From an uncultured Candidatus Saccharibacteria bacterium (GTDB taxonomy: Bacteria; Patescibacteriota; Saccharimonadia; Saccharimonadales; Saccharimonadaceae), in assembly GCA_964402915.1 (NCBI GenBank), contig CAYODV010000001.1, forward strand, positions 1 to 60,079: a stretch of 60,079 bases of DNA. Direction: 5' to 3'. Both the position numbers and the translations under genes were made by a program. Positions within the stretch are counted from its first letter, which is position 1, and each line of letters starts with the position of its first letter. Under the pieces are notes generated by a model. The model ran no database searches. It worked only from the letters and a program-made list of their open reading frames with translations, and had not been told where the DNA came from. Shown in pieces: positions 1 to 10,315 of the stretch.

Positions 1-22
1 TTGAATCGCTTTCTGTCAATGT

Positions 23-113
23 TGGTGCGCCTGACTAGACTCGAACTAGCACAGCACTTAAAATGGCCACTACCACCTCAAGGTAGCGTGTCTACCAATT
101 CCACCACAGGCGC
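23..113 (-). tRNA. tRNA-Leu(GAG)
   Basis: Reverse complement folds as a cloverleaf: GCGCCTG/CAGGCGC acceptor, CTACC-TT-GAG-GT-GGTAG anticodon arm, long variable arm, TTCGAGT T-loop, encoded CCA. Confidence 0.97.
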
Positions 114-143
114 ACGAATTGTAAAAGATGTATATGTATTATA

Positions 144-1871
144 TCACGGGGTGCGGTTTTTGGCAACTTTTTCGACGCCCCAGAATTGAACATCGGCGAA
201 GCGATCGGTGGCAACGACAAGCGAAAGGTCTTCGGAGAAAGGTTTGACGTTTTTGTCAAAGAAGTAGCTTAAGTTGACTTGGTAAAGGCCGATGGCGGGA
301 GCGTCATCAACCCAGCGGGTTAGGAAGGCTTCATATTTTTGGGTGCGAACAGTCGCATCGGCGCTTTCGCGGGCGGAAATAATGAGGTCGTCAGCGACGG
401 AGCTATTGTAGTTTGAGAGATTGAGGCCACTTTGAGTGGATTGCGAAGAGTGGTAGTAAACCAGAAGGTCGGGGCTGGCGCCAAGCTCGACTTCGTAGAT
501 GAGAATGTCGTAATTGCGGTTGGCGATGATGTTGACGAGGAAATCTTGACCGGGTTCTTCAACGCTGCGAGCGACTTCAAAGCCCATGCTTTCTAGTTGT
601 TCGGCGACGTCTTCAAGAATGGTTGGGAGATAGCCAGAAGAAACGGTGACGAGGCGGATGGATTTTTTGTCGAGACCAGCGATGGTCTGTTTGGCGGCGT
701 CAAGGTTCCGAGCGGGGAGCGCCGGCCACGTCTCAAGGTCGAGCTGAGAACCGAGGATGGGGTAGTCAAGCGGAAGTTCGTCGCCAATAAGGGTGCGGAT
801 TTCTTGAACGTCGAGGCCGGTTTGGATGGCCTTGCGAGCATCGCGGCTCTTGAAAACGCCGGTTTTAGTGTTCATGAAGAGGAAGACGCCGGAGTTGATG
901 GCGGTTTGTTTTTCGTAAACGGTGCGGGAGACAACTTCACTAGCGGCGGTGGGGAGAAGTTCGGCAGTGGCGGAAACGGCGCCGGATTTGATGGCGGTTT
1001 TAATGTCGTCAATGGAAGTGTAGGCGTGGACAACGAAGCTGTCGATTTTGGGAACGCCACGAAAATAATGTTGGTTGGCGGAAAGGTAAATGATAGACTC
1101 GCCAGTCGTGCCAACGACTTGTTGGGCGTTAAAGCTGAACGGGCCGGAGGTGGTGGGGTTGGTGCTAAAACTGGATTCAAGCAAGTTCAAAGAATCGGCA
1201 TTTTCTAGGGCGTGTTTGGGAAGAACGGGAAAGTCAAGGGCGGAGGCGAAATCGACGTAGCCGGAGGGGAGTTCAAAGACTATTGTGTTGTTATCACCGG
1301 CACTAACCTTGACGTTATAGAGGTTGGGGTAATACGACGAGACTTGGCCGAGGCCACTAATAAGATTAGTGGTGAAGATGACGTCGTCACTCGTGAGCGG
1401 TTCGCCGTCAGACCATTTGAGATTGTCTTTGAGTTTAACCGTCCAGGTTTTGGCGGTGGCGTCAGTGGTGACGGATTTAGCTAGGACGTTGCCAATGTGT
1501 CCAGAAGCGTCCGGTGCAGTAAGACCGAGGAACATCAAGCGACTCAGGGTTTTTTCGCTGTTGGTGGAGGCAAAGAGGGGGTTAAGACTACTCACTTTGC
1601 CGAGGGTGGCCTCCGTGTAGGTGCCACCGGAGGCATAGCCGGCGACAGAGTAGGATTCGGTGTACCAGAAACTCTGTGTGAGTGCCAACATGACTAGTGC
1701 AAACACTAATAGCCCCCATTCCAAGACGAACAAACGAACATCGCCGATGTGCGAGAGGCGTTTAACGAAGTTTTCTTTAATATGTTCTTCGCTTGAAATA
1801 ACCGCGTCTTCAGAAAGACGAGAAAATTTCTTCAATGCTTTTTGCCCACGCTTTTTAGAGAATAGTTTCAT
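144..1871 (-). CDS. Membrane-anchored ABC transporter substrate-binding protein, family 5 (OppA/DppA-like)
   Basis: 575 aa; N-terminal TM helix; SLNP, LA.S....D.KTWTVKL...KWSDGEPLTSDDV.FT and GPF motifs. Confidence 0.88.
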   Translation of the reverse strand: MKLFSKKRGQKALKKFSRLSEDAVISSEEHIKENFVKRLSHIGDVRLFVLEWGLLVFALVMLALTQSFWYTESYSVAGYASGGTYTEATLGKVSSLNPLFASTNSEKTLSRLMFLGLTAPDASGHIGNVLAKSVTTDATAKTWTVKLKDNLKWSDGEPLTSDDVIFTTNLISGLGQVSSYYPNLYNVKVSAGDNNTIVFELPSGYVDFASALDFPVLPKHALENADSLNLLESSFSTNPTTSGPFSFNAQQVVGTTGESIIYLSANQHYFRGVPKIDSFVVHAYTSIDDIKTAIKSGAVSATAELLPTAASEVVSRTVYEKQTAINSGVFLFMNTKTGVFKSRDARKAIQTGLDVQEIRTLIGDELPLDYPILGSQLDLETWPALPARNLDAAKQTIAGLDKKSIRLVTVSSGYLPTILEDVAEQLESMGFEVARSVEEPGQDFLVNIIANRNYDILIYEVELGASPDLLVYYHSSQSTQSGLNLSNYNSSVADDLIISARESADATVRTQKYEAFLTRWVDDAPAIGLYQVNLSYFFDKNVKPFSEDLSLVVATDRFADVQFWGVEKVAKNRTP

Positions 1872-1872
1872 A

Positions 1873-2100
1873 TTATGATGGAATTAGTAACAGTCCCAGA
1901 ATTGAAAGGACGAAGATGACGGCAAAAACAATGGTGGCATTGAAAAGCGATTTGTCGAGACCGCGGCGAGTGGTGTAAAGTTCGCCGGTGCCGCCGAGGC
2001 CAGCTCCGAGCGAAGCGCCGCGTTGTTGCAAGAGGACGAGCAAGATGACGAGAACGGCGGAAATAATAATGGCAGTTTGAAAAACGGAAACTAGATTCAT
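1873..2100 (-). CDS. secG: Preprotein translocase subunit SecG
   Basis: Two TM helices around LVLLQQRGASLGAGLGG; start moved to ATG 2100, downstream of a TATAAT. Confidence 0.92.
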   Translation of the reverse strand: MNLVSVFQTAIIISAVLVILLVLLQQRGASLGAGLGGTGELYTTRRGLDKSLFNATIVFAVIFVLSILGLLLIPS

Positions 2101-2143
2101 AATGTCTTTATTATAGGTGATTTTGGTGAAGTTTACAAGGTTT

Positions 2144-3427
2144 TTATCGCCCAAGTTGACGTTTACGCTTCAAAAGCGTGTGGTAAGTGACGGCAAAGCG
2201 GTGAGCCTCCTCGTCGATGCGAGCGATGAGCCGAGCGACGTGCGAATCTTGAGCGAGTTCGATTTTTTGGAAACCGTGATCGGTTGGATAAACAATCCTG
2301 ACGCTGGCGGATTTGGAGTGGTCGCCAGATTTATCGCGCCCGATGACGGGGATGGGGGCGCCATCTTTAGCGTTTTCCAGGAGTGGCAAGACAGTGGCAA
2401 CCTGGGCTTCCCCGCCATCAAGGACGATGAGGTCAGGGAGAGGCCATTCGGTGTGCTGAAGGCGGCGCGTGATGATTTCTTTGAGGTTGGCCGTGTCGTT
2501 GTTCTGTTGATGTTTAAGGCGAAACTTGCGGTATTCAGAGCGGTCAGAGGCGCCATTCATAAAAACGACCATGGAAGCGACAACGTCTTGACCAGATTGG
2601 TGAGAGATGTCGTAACCCTCAATGCGGCGAGGGGGGTTGGGGAGGTGGAGCATACGCTTAAGGTCGTGGAGTGCCATGTCGGACGAAATGTCGAGAAACT
2701 CCTTGTCGGAAAAGATGATTTTGTTTTTAAGGCCACTGAGGCCGATTAGTTCGTTGCGCAGTTCAGCGGCGCGCTCAAAATGCTGGGCTTCGGCTTCGTC
2801 TTTCATTTCTTTTTCGAGGTCACGGACGAGAGTTTCTCGCTCGCCCTCAAGGTAACGGATGAGTTTTTCGAGAATTTTGTGGTAATCCTTGGGGGTCATT
2901 TTGCCAACTTCAATACCCGGAGTGAGGCCAAGGTCGGTGTCGAGCGTTTTTTTGCCGTTATAGGGCTTAATATAGAAGGGGAAGATTTTGCGAAGAGCGC
3001 GGAGAGCGATGGCGACAGAGGCTCTGGCGTAGAAAGGGCCAACGTAGCGGGCTTGGTCACCGAGGGGATTGCGGGTCATGGAGACGTACGGGACTTCTGC
3101 GTCAAGGTTGATGCGGATGTAAGAAACGGTTTTGTCGTCGCGCAGGAGGATGTTCCATTTTGGCATGTAGCGCTTGATCATTTCCGATTCAAGAAAAAGC
3201 GCGTCCATTTCTGTTTCTACGACAATCCAGTCGGTCATGTAAATTTCTGCGACAAGTGCTTCGGTTTTGGGGTCGCGTTCGCGGGAATCTTGGAAATATT
3301 GGCGGACGCGGTTTTTAAGGACAGCGGCCTTGCCGACATAAATAATCTCCCCGGCTTTGTTTTTATGGAAATATACGCCAGGGGCGGCGGGAAGAGTGGC
3401 GAGCTTTTTTGTGAGCGCTTCGTTCAT
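2144..3427 (-). CDS. uvrC: Excinuclease ABC subunit C (short form, no evident C-terminal HhH)
   Basis: GIY-YIG (PGVY, IIYVGKA..LKNRVRQYF), FERAAELR UVR domain, RIEGYDISH, PDLIVLDGG, RIDEEAHRFA. Confidence 0.95.
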   Translation of the reverse strand: MNEALTKKLATLPAAPGVYFHKNKAGEIIYVGKAAVLKNRVRQYFQDSRERDPKTEALVAEIYMTDWIVVETEMDALFLESEMIKRYMPKWNILLRDDKTVSYIRINLDAEVPYVSMTRNPLGDQARYVGPFYARASVAIALRALRKIFPFYIKPYNGKKTLDTDLGLTPGIEVGKMTPKDYHKILEKLIRYLEGERETLVRDLEKEMKDEAEAQHFERAAELRNELIGLSGLKNKIIFSDKEFLDISSDMALHDLKRMLHLPNPPRRIEGYDISHQSGQDVVASMVVFMNGASDRSEYRKFRLKHQQNNDTANLKEIITRRLQHTEWPLPDLIVLDGGEAQVATVLPLLENAKDGAPIPVIGRDKSGDHSKSASVRIVYPTDHGFQKIELAQDSHVARLIARIDEEAHRFAVTYHTLLKRKRQLGR

Positions 3428-3439
3428 GTATATATTATA

Positions 3440-3973
3440 TTACAACATTTCGTCGTAATCTTCGACTTTGTCCAAAGTTGTGTGATATTCCGTGAGGAGG
3501 TCAGAGAGGATTTTATATTCTGCCGGAGCGGTGGAGAGTTGGCTAAACTTTTCGAAAGAATAATTTTCTTTAAGGCCAAAAATAGTGCGGAGCTCGGCGA
3601 TGCCGGCTTCGTCGGCTTCGACGTAGGTTTCTTCAAGGCTGCTTGCCAGGGTGGCTTTGGTTTCAATAATGAAAAGTTCGTCTTTAGAAAGGTATTCGCC
3701 GACGTTCGAGAACTCTTCTTCGGGAACGCCGAGAGCGCGAAGCTTATCTTCGGTTTGGTTTTCCAAGATATCTAGGAGGCCATTAAGGTAATAATATTTA
3801 CTACCTTCCGGGGCGGGAGTACCGGTGGTTTGGGAGCTGGATGTGGTGCGGTCTTTGACGGAAGTTGGCAGGCGTTCGAGAATTAAAACCAACAGAACTG
3901 CAATCAAAACGGCAAGGACAATGCGGAGCGGGCGGAGCTTGCGGGATTTTTCGGGGTCAAGTGGTTGGTTCAT
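3440..3973 (-). CDS. Hypothetical protein with N-terminal membrane anchor
   Basis: 177-aa ORF, one hydrophobic helix, TGnTATAAT 8 nt before ATG. Confidence 0.7.
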   Translation of the reverse strand: MNQPLDPEKSRKLRPLRIVLAVLIAVLLVLILERLPTSVKDRTTSSSQTTGTPAPEGSKYYYLNGLLDILENQTEDKLRALGVPEEEFSNVGEYLSKDELFIIETKATLASSLEETYVEADEAGIAELRTIFGLKENYSFEKFSQLSTAPAEYKILSDLLTEYHTTLDKVEDYDEML

Positions 3974-4038
3974 TTGAGGTCATTATAGCATAGATTTTGG
4001 CTATACAAAGTTCTTATGTTTTTTGATATAATAGTTTC

Positions 4039-5319
4039 ATGGATAATTTTGTGATTTCTAATATCAAAGCGAGGCAGATTTTAGACAGCCGGGGGAATCC
4101 GACCGTGGAGGCGGATGTGTTTTTGGAATCTGGCCAGGCGGGGCGGGCGGCGGTGCCGTCGGGCGCTTCAACGGGTTCGGGTGAGGCGCTAGAACTGCGC
4201 GATAACGACCCGAAGTTTTACGGCGGCAAGAGTGTGCTCAAGGCCGTTTGGAACGTCAACTCAAAAATTAAAGATGTGCTAGTTGGTAATTCGGCGGCGC
4301 AAGCGACGGTCGACCAAATTATGCTCGACCTTGATGGTACGCCAAACAAGACCCAACTTGGTGCGAACGCGATTTTGGCCGTATCTCTTGCGACGGCAAA
4401 GGCGGTGGCGCGAGCGAAGAAGTTGCCGTTTTATGCTTATATTGCCGAACTGGCCGGAACAATGGGCGAGATGTCGCTTCCGATGCCGATGATGAATGTG
4501 ATGAACGGTGGCGAGCATGCGGACTGGGCGACGGATTTCCAGGAATATATGATTATTCCTAAAGGCGCCGAGAATATCGCCGACGCCGTGCGAATGGGTG
4601 CGGAAGTGTTTCATGCTTTGAAAGACGTTTTGAAGGAACGTGGCTTTCCTGTGACCGTGGGCGATGAAGGTGGCTATGCGCCAAAAGTACGCGATGGTAA
4701 CAACGAGCCGCTCGAATGCATCAAGCTTGCGATTGAGAAGGCCGGTTATAAGCCTGGTGAAGATATTGCGATGGCGATGGACATTGCCAGCTCGGAGTTT
4801 TATGATAAAGACCACTACGTCCTAAAAACGAACGGGGATTGGAAGAGCGCGGAAGATTTGACGAACTGGTACACCTGGATTTTGGATAATTATCCGGTAG
4901 TGTCGATTGAAGACGGCTTAGCAGAGAACGATTGGGCGGGGTGGAAGATGATGACCTCGCGGTTGGGTGGTCGCGCGCAGCTCGTGGGTGACGATTTGTT
5001 TGTGACAAATACGAGGCTTCTCAAGAAAGGAATTGAAGAGAAGGCCGGCAACGCAATCCTCGTGAAGCCGAACCAAATTGGGTCGCTTTCCGAGACGATT
5101 AACGCCGTGATGATGGCAAAGAAAGCCGGCTACAAGACGATTATTTCCCACCGTTCAGGCGAAACAGAAGACGTTTCGATTTCTCACATTGCCGTGGGGC
5201 TGGGCGCTGGGCAAATTAAGACTGGTTCCCTGTCGCGCTCGGAACGGATGGCGAAGTACAACGAGCTAATCCGTATTGCCGAAGCCAACTCTCGCCTCGG
5301 TCTCGCCAAACCGTTCTAA
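4039..5319 (+). CDS. eno: Enolase
   Basis: [40 protein letters not shown] motifs. Confidence 0.99.
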   Translation: MDNFVISNIKARQILDSRGNPTVEADVFLESGQAGRAAVPSGASTGSGEALELRDNDPKFYGGKSVLKAVWNVNSKIKDVLVGNSAAQATVDQIMLDLDGTPNKTQLGANAILAVSLATAKAVARAKKLPFYAYIAELAGTMGEMSLPMPMMNVMNGGEHADWATDFQEYMIIPKGAENIADAVRMGAEVFHALKDVLKERGFPVTVGDEGGYAPKVRDGNNEPLECIKLAIEKAGYKPGEDIAMAMDIASSEFYDKDHYVLKTNGDWKSAEDLTNWYTWILDNYPVVSIEDGLAENDWAGWKMMTSRLGGRAQLVGDDLFVTNTRLLKKGIEEKAGNAILVKPNQIGSLSETINAVMMAKKAGYKTIISHRSGETEDVSISHIAVGLGAGQIKTGSLSRSERMAKYNELIRIAEANSRLGLAKPF

Positions 5320-5338
5320 ACGCTGGGCTTTTTAAGCA

Positions 5339-5677
5339 CTACAAAGCTGGATTAAGATCCGGTGAGTCGAGAGCAGATTCAGTAAAAACTGGGTCGGTAA
5401 GGCTGGACTCGGTGAAGACTGGGTCAGTGAGGGTGTCGGGTGAGGAAACGATGCCGGAAGAAAAGAGATTATCGAGGCTGAACGAGCCGTCCGCGAGCAG
5501 GTAGTCAAGACTGACCGAAACGGCCGAAAGCGCAACGTAATGAACGTCTTTCTTGCAAGCTTCAAGAGTTTTATACTTTTTTGACCGGGCAAGGACGCGG
5601 CCATCATCAGAGAGAAGGCGCCAAGCATAGTGAATGCCGGTTTCGGTTTTATTGCTTTTAATGATTTGAAAATTCAT
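5339..5677 (-). CDS. YegP/DUF1508-like protein with acidic repeated C-terminal tail
   Basis: WRLLSDDGRVLARSKKYKTLEAC resembles the DUF1508 core; tail LTDPVFTES twice; AAGGA RBS. Confidence 0.6.
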   Translation of the reverse strand: MNFQIIKSNKTETGIHYAWRLLSDDGRVLARSKKYKTLEACKKDVHYVALSAVSVSLDYLLADGSFSLDNLFSSGIVSSPDTLTDPVFTESSLTDPVFTESALDSPDLNPAL

Positions 5678-5765
5678 AAAAAATCCTTTATATTAAACGG
5701 TTTGACAAAAGTTGGTGAAAAGTTTATTATAAAGGTAGTTATAACGGTTCCAAGTTTTAACTACC

Positions 5766-5798
5766 TTAGTCGGCCCAAAAGCCGACTAATTGGTTTTT
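5766..5798. terminator. Stem-loop, probable intrinsic terminator
   Basis: TTAGTCGGC-CCAAAA-GCCGACTAA 9-bp stem followed by TTGGTTTTT. Confidence 0.6.
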
Positions 5799-6279
5799 AG
5801 GGAGCTTGTGATGGCGGGCCTCCTTTCTGGCTGGTTAGGAGCGCGAGGGCGGAAAGGACTTCTTGTTGGAACTTGAGCGAAGCCTCAAGGACTTTTTGCA
5901 TGGCGAGGAGTTCGGGCGCGGGAGAAGCGGGCGGAGTTTTTGACGGCAGGGCGGGGGGAGTAGAGGTTAAATCTTGATGTTCAAGAAACAGGCGAAGCGA
6001 ACGGTCGTAACGGCGACGATACGCCTCAATAGTTGGTTCAGAGCACTCGCCAGCATTGCGGGTGCGAAGAATCGCGATGCGGTCGGAAATGTCCGCCACA
6101 AGCGGGAGGTCACGCCAATATTCGCCGGGTTCAGCGGTGGCGGAAAAAATCTTTTTTAGAGCGGCACGGAGGTGAGCGGAAAGAGATTCAGAAATCACCC
6201 CGCGCCAAGCTGCGGCCTGAACAAAATCGTACAAATCCCCCGCGGTTTTTCCCTGTATAAGACTTACCTCACTTGTCAT
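5797..6279 (-). CDS. Hypothetical protein
   Basis: 160-aa ORF from ATG 6279, just downstream of TGcTATCAT; Pro-rich linker near C-terminus. Confidence 0.65.
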   Translation of the reverse strand: MTSEVSLIQGKTAGDLYDFVQAAAWRGVISESLSAHLRAALKKIFSATAEPGEYWRDLPLVADISDRIAILRTRNAGECSEPTIEAYRRRYDRSLRLFLEHQDLTSTPPALPSKTPPASPAPELLAMQKVLEASLKFQQEVLSALALLTSQKGGPPSQAP

Positions 6280-6362
6280 ACTTCTATGATAGCACGTCAA
6301 AAGTGCTTACGCAAGACACTTTTGCACAAATTTTATACACTTTACACAAAGTTTTCCACAGA

Positions 6363-8369
6363 CTACTCACTAATCAAGGCAAGGAAGGCAGACTCGTCTA
6401 GAGTTGGGATGCCAAGTTCAGCGGCTTTCTTGAGCTTGCTACCGCCGGGCTTGGCACCGAGAATTAGCGCGGTAGTAGTTTTAGTGACGGAACTCGTAAC
6501 GGTGGCACCGAGGGCGCGAAGTTTATCTTCGGCTTCTTCGCGGCCATATTTTTCCAGCGTGCCAGAAATAATGTAGCTTTTTCCGGAAAGTGGCGCGGCG
6601 GAAAGGTCAGAAAAGGTCGGGCGAAGACCGAGGGCTTTCAGCTCTTCGAGCATTTTTAGGTTGTCTTCGTCAGCAAAGAAGGCAAGGATGCTTTCGGCAA
6701 CGACTTCGCCAATGTCGGGAATGGCCAGGAGGTCGTCTTTTTCGGCGTTTTGGAGTTTTTCTAGAGAGCCAAACTGATTGGCGAGGCTGATGGCGGTTTG
6801 AGCGCCGACGTGGCGAATGCCGAGGGCGGTGATGACTTTGGAAAGCGGAGCGGTCTTGGACTTTTCCAGGTTGCCCAAAAGTTTTTCGGCGGAAACGTCA
6901 GCGAAACGTTCGAGCGAAGTGAGGCTGGATTTTTTAAGGCGATAAAGGTCGGGGAGAGATTTGACGAGGCCGGAGTCAACGAGAAGCGCAACGTTTTTTT
7001 CGCCGAGACCTTCAATGTTTAATGCGGGTTTAGAAGCGTAATATTCAATACTGCGTTTCAAAATAAAATCGGAAGTTTCACCCTTAACGCGATAAACTAC
7101 TTCGCCTGCGGGGCGTTCAAAGTCGAGTTCGGGGTATTGAGCTTTCAGGGCTTTTTCGTAGTCAAACGGCTCAGTGTTTTCGGGGCGAAGAGCGGTCAAG
7201 ACTTCTTTAATTTGGGGGATGATGTCGCCAGCTTTGTACACGATGACGGTGTCACCGATGCGGACGTCGAGGCGAGCGATTTCGTCGGCATTATGGACGG
7301 AGGCGTGGCGGACGGTGCTGCCGGCGGCCTCAACGGGGTCGAGAATCGCGACGGGCGTGGCGGCACCGGTACGGCCGATGGAAATGACGATGTCACGAAC
7401 CTTGGTGGTGGATTCTTCGGCTGGAAATTTGAAGGCGACGGCGGCGCGCGGAGTTTTGCCGATGATGCCAAGGCGGTCGTAGATTTCGCGGTCGTTGACT
7501 TTAATGACCATGCCGTCGGTGTTGAACTTTAAGCCTTTGCGATATTCGTCGAGGGCGCGGATGTACCTAAACATTTCCGGCAAATCTTTGCTGGAGAAAA
7601 CTTTGTCTTCGTTTGAGGTGCGAAAACCGAGCGCGCGGAGTTTTTCGTAAGCTTCGCGGTGCGTAGGGAGGTTAGGCGTGACGAGGTCGTACGCGATGAA
7701 TTTAAGGTTGCGGCTGGCGGCAACTTTAGGGTCAAGCTGGCGGATGGTACCGGCGGCGAGGTTACGGGGATTAGCAAATTCTTTTTCGCCAAGTTTTTTC
7801 TGGCGAGCGTTGATTTCCGCAAAATCTTTCTTGAACAAAATGATTTCGCCGCGAACTTCAACGTCACCAAGCTCATCAATGCGGAGCGGGATGTTTTGAA
7901 TGGTTCTGACGTTCATGGTGACATCTTCGCCGACCAGCCCGTCACCGCGCGTGACAGCTTGGACAAAGAGGCCGTTTTGGTATTTTAAGGCGCAGGCGAG
8001 GCCGTCCATTTTAATGTCGGTGAAAAACTCCTGAATTTTGCCACCCGGAATGAGTTTTTCCGTGCGGGTAATCCAATCTTTAACTTCTTCTTCGGAAAAA
8101 ACGTCCGCGAGGGAAATCATGCGTTTTTGGTGCGTGACTTTTTCGAACTTGTCGAGCGGTTTTCCGGCGACGCGTTGAGTGGGCGAGTCCGGTGTGATGA
8201 GTTCGGGATACATGGCCTCAAGTTGGGAAAGTTCGTGCTTAAGCGAATCAGCTGCCGCTTCGGACATGATGGACTCGTCAAGGACGTGGTAATGATAGCG
8301 ATAATCGTTAATAAGCTTACGGAGTTTGGCGATGCGCGCCTCGGCTTCGGTTTTATTTATCGTCTTCAT
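6363..8369 (-). CDS. ligA: NAD-dependent DNA ligase
   Basis: KMDG adenylation motif, TRGDG, EVRGE, HhH repeats, C-terminal BRCT. Confidence 0.98.
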   Translation of the reverse strand: MKTINKTEAEARIAKLRKLINDYRYHYHVLDESIMSEAAADSLKHELSQLEAMYPELITPDSPTQRVAGKPLDKFEKVTHQKRMISLADVFSEEEVKDWITRTEKLIPGGKIQEFFTDIKMDGLACALKYQNGLFVQAVTRGDGLVGEDVTMNVRTIQNIPLRIDELGDVEVRGEIILFKKDFAEINARQKKLGEKEFANPRNLAAGTIRQLDPKVAASRNLKFIAYDLVTPNLPTHREAYEKLRALGFRTSNEDKVFSSKDLPEMFRYIRALDEYRKGLKFNTDGMVIKVNDREIYDRLGIIGKTPRAAVAFKFPAEESTTKVRDIVISIGRTGAATPVAILDPVEAAGSTVRHASVHNADEIARLDVRIGDTVIVYKAGDIIPQIKEVLTALRPENTEPFDYEKALKAQYPELDFERPAGEVVYRVKGETSDFILKRSIEYYASKPALNIEGLGEKNVALLVDSGLVKSLPDLYRLKKSSLTSLERFADVSAEKLLGNLEKSKTAPLSKVITALGIRHVGAQTAISLANQFGSLEKLQNAEKDDLLAIPDIGEVVAESILAFFADEDNLKMLEELKALGLRPTFSDLSAAPLSGKSYIISGTLEKYGREEAEDKLRALGATVTSSVTKTTTALILGAKPGGSKLKKAAELGIPTLDESAFLALISE

Positions 8370-9441
8370 AGGCTAGAACCCTCCGGTAATATAAATATAA
8401 ATAAGCAGAGATATAGACAAAAGTGAAACAGGTCATGATGAGGAGCATGATTGAAACGAACGGGAAGCCCTCCAGCCAGCTCCAGATGCCTTTGAGCCAG
8501 AGGTCGATGGTGATGAGCGGAAGCATAACGACGACCCAACAAACCGCCAAGACTAAAATCAAGAACACGAGGCGGATGAGAAAGCGGATGCGGCGGCTGG
8601 CCATAAGGTCGGAGGCGGTTTTGAGCGCGGTCATGGGGTACAGCCCCGGAGCGGTGACGGCGACGAGAGCGATGAGAGTGGATGACAGAAGATAGCCGGA
8701 GAGAGTAATAAGGAGGGCGGCGAAGATAAAATAGACGAGGGCATAGAACGGCGTGGAAAGGAAGTCGGTTTGGACGGCGGCGGAGTAGGTGATGATAACG
8801 ATGAAAATCGGGATGGCCTGGATGACGGCGACGAGGAAAACGACAAAAGTGGAGAGGAGCGGAGTAAGGGCATTATAAAAGCCGTCGCGGAGTTTAACCT
8901 TCTTCCCTGCCAGGCGGAGGCGAAGGAGGTAGATGGTGATGAGCCAAATGAGGAGGAAAATAATGACGGCGAAGATGATTTGGGCTTCAGAAAGACCGCC
9001 GGAAAGGCCGCCGGTCGTGACCGTGGAGATTAGAAGTAAGCCGGCTTTGGCGAAGTTACCGAGTTCGGCGCCGGAGAGGCCGCCGGAAGTGGTGTCTTCA
9101 AGAGTTTTTTGGAATTCGACATAAGTCGATTCGGACATGAGGCCGACAAGAACGACGTTGAAGAGCACGGCGAAGATGATGAGCGGGAGGAACAGGCGCC
9201 AGTTTTTGAAAATGACGGCGAAAGTGTCGGCGGCGTGGTGGAGCAGGCCGGGGATGGAAAGCTTGCGGACGTAATCTTCGCGGTAGCTACGTTTGAAGCT
9301 TTGGTGCAAGCGGACGCGAGCGCGTTTTTTGGCCCAGATTTTTTCACGAGATTTTTGATAAGCCTCACGGAAGGCGGCTTTGAACGGGCCGGTAGATTTT
9401 TTGGCCGGTTTCTTGGATTTTTTAGAACTTGAACTTGGCAT
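8353..9441 (-). CDS. Polytopic membrane protein of unknown function
   Basis: 362 aa, several TM helices, basic N-terminus; overlaps htpX and ligA as an operon. Confidence 0.75.
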   Translation of the reverse strand: MPSSSSKKSKKPAKKSTGPFKAAFREAYQKSREKIWAKKRARVRLHQSFKRSYREDYVRKLSIPGLLHHAADTFAVIFKNWRLFLPLIIFAVLFNVVLVGLMSESTYVEFQKTLEDTTSGGLSGAELGNFAKAGLLLISTVTTGGLSGGLSEAQIIFAVIIFLLIWLITIYLLRLRLAGKKVKLRDGFYNALTPLLSTFVVFLVAVIQAIPIFIVIITYSAAVQTDFLSTPFYALVYFIFAALLITLSGYLLSSTLIALVAVTAPGLYPMTALKTASDLMASRRIRFLIRLVFLILVLAVCWVVVMLPLITIDLWLKGIWSWLEGFPFVSIMLLIMTCFTFVYISAYLYLYYRRVLAYEDDK

Positions 9442-10306
9442 TTTCGAGCCTTTCTATGCGCTTTTCGATGGGCGGGTGGGTGGAAAAAAGATTGTTGAGC
9501 GAGCGTTTTTTAAGCGGAGAGGAAATGAACATAGCTTCAGTGGCGGGATTTTGTTGCGTCATGGGGCGAGCGTGAGCTTCAAGCTTTTTAAGGGCGGAAA
9601 TCATGCCTTCGGGGTAGCGCGTGAGCATGACGGCCGATGAGTCGGCGAGATATTCGCGCTGGCGCGAAACGGCCATTTGGGCAAGGGCAGCAGCAATCGG
9701 CGCGACAACGACCGTGACGAGAGCCAAAATGAGAGCGACGGGGCTGGAATCTTCGCGGCTGCGCCGGGCGCCACGAAAGGCGATGCGCCAACCGATGTCG
9801 GCGAGGAGGCCGATGAAGCAAACGAGGCCGAAGACTATGGTGGTGAGGCGAATGTCGTAGTTTTTGACGTGAGATAGTTCGTGCGCCATGACGGCGGTAA
9901 CTTCTTTATCGTCCATGATGTCGAGCAGTCCAGTGGTGGCACAGACAAGAGCGTGCTTGGGGTCGCGGCCGGAGGCGAAGGCGTTTGGTGCTTGGTCGTC
10001 GATGATATAAACTTCGGGCATAGGGAGGCCGGCAGTGAGAGATAAGTTTTCGACAATGTTATAAAGCCGGCGGTTGTCTTTCTTTTCAATTTTTTTGGCG
10101 CCAGTCATCACCACGGCTAACTTTGAGGCGGCGAAATATTGAAACAAAACATAGCAGATGGCAAAAATTAAAAAGCCGGCGAGAGCACCTGGGTAAAATT
10201 CGCCGCTACGAAAAGAAAATAAAAGCCCAATCGCGGCAACCAAAACCACAAACCCAATCATAATAAAGACGGTGTTGCGTTTGTTTGCCGCGATGTTTTT
10301 GTACAT
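9422..10306 (-). CDS. htpX: M48 zinc metalloprotease HtpX
   Basis: PNAFA, AHELSH, SRQREYLAD, FSTHPP..RI motifs. Confidence 0.95.
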   Translation of the reverse strand: MYKNIAANKRNTVFIMIGFVVLVAAIGLLFSFRSGEFYPGALAGFLIFAICYVLFQYFAASKLAVVMTGAKKIEKKDNRRLYNIVENLSLTAGLPMPEVYIIDDQAPNAFASGRDPKHALVCATTGLLDIMDDKEVTAVMAHELSHVKNYDIRLTTIVFGLVCFIGLLADIGWRIAFRGARRSREDSSPVALILALVTVVVAPIAAALAQMAVSRQREYLADSSAVMLTRYPEGMISALKKLEAHARPMTQQNPATEAMFISSPLKKRSLNNLFSTHPPIEKRIERLENAKFKF

Positions 10307-10315
10307 TGTTTTTAA

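Noticed and set aside
1-189. 62-aa + strand ORF
   Set aside because: Antisense to tRNA-Leu and the end of the SBP gene; no protein features
3974-4038. Fluoride riboswitch before eno or hppA
   Set aside because: No GATG..GTTCxCC aptamer pattern; eno appears leaderless
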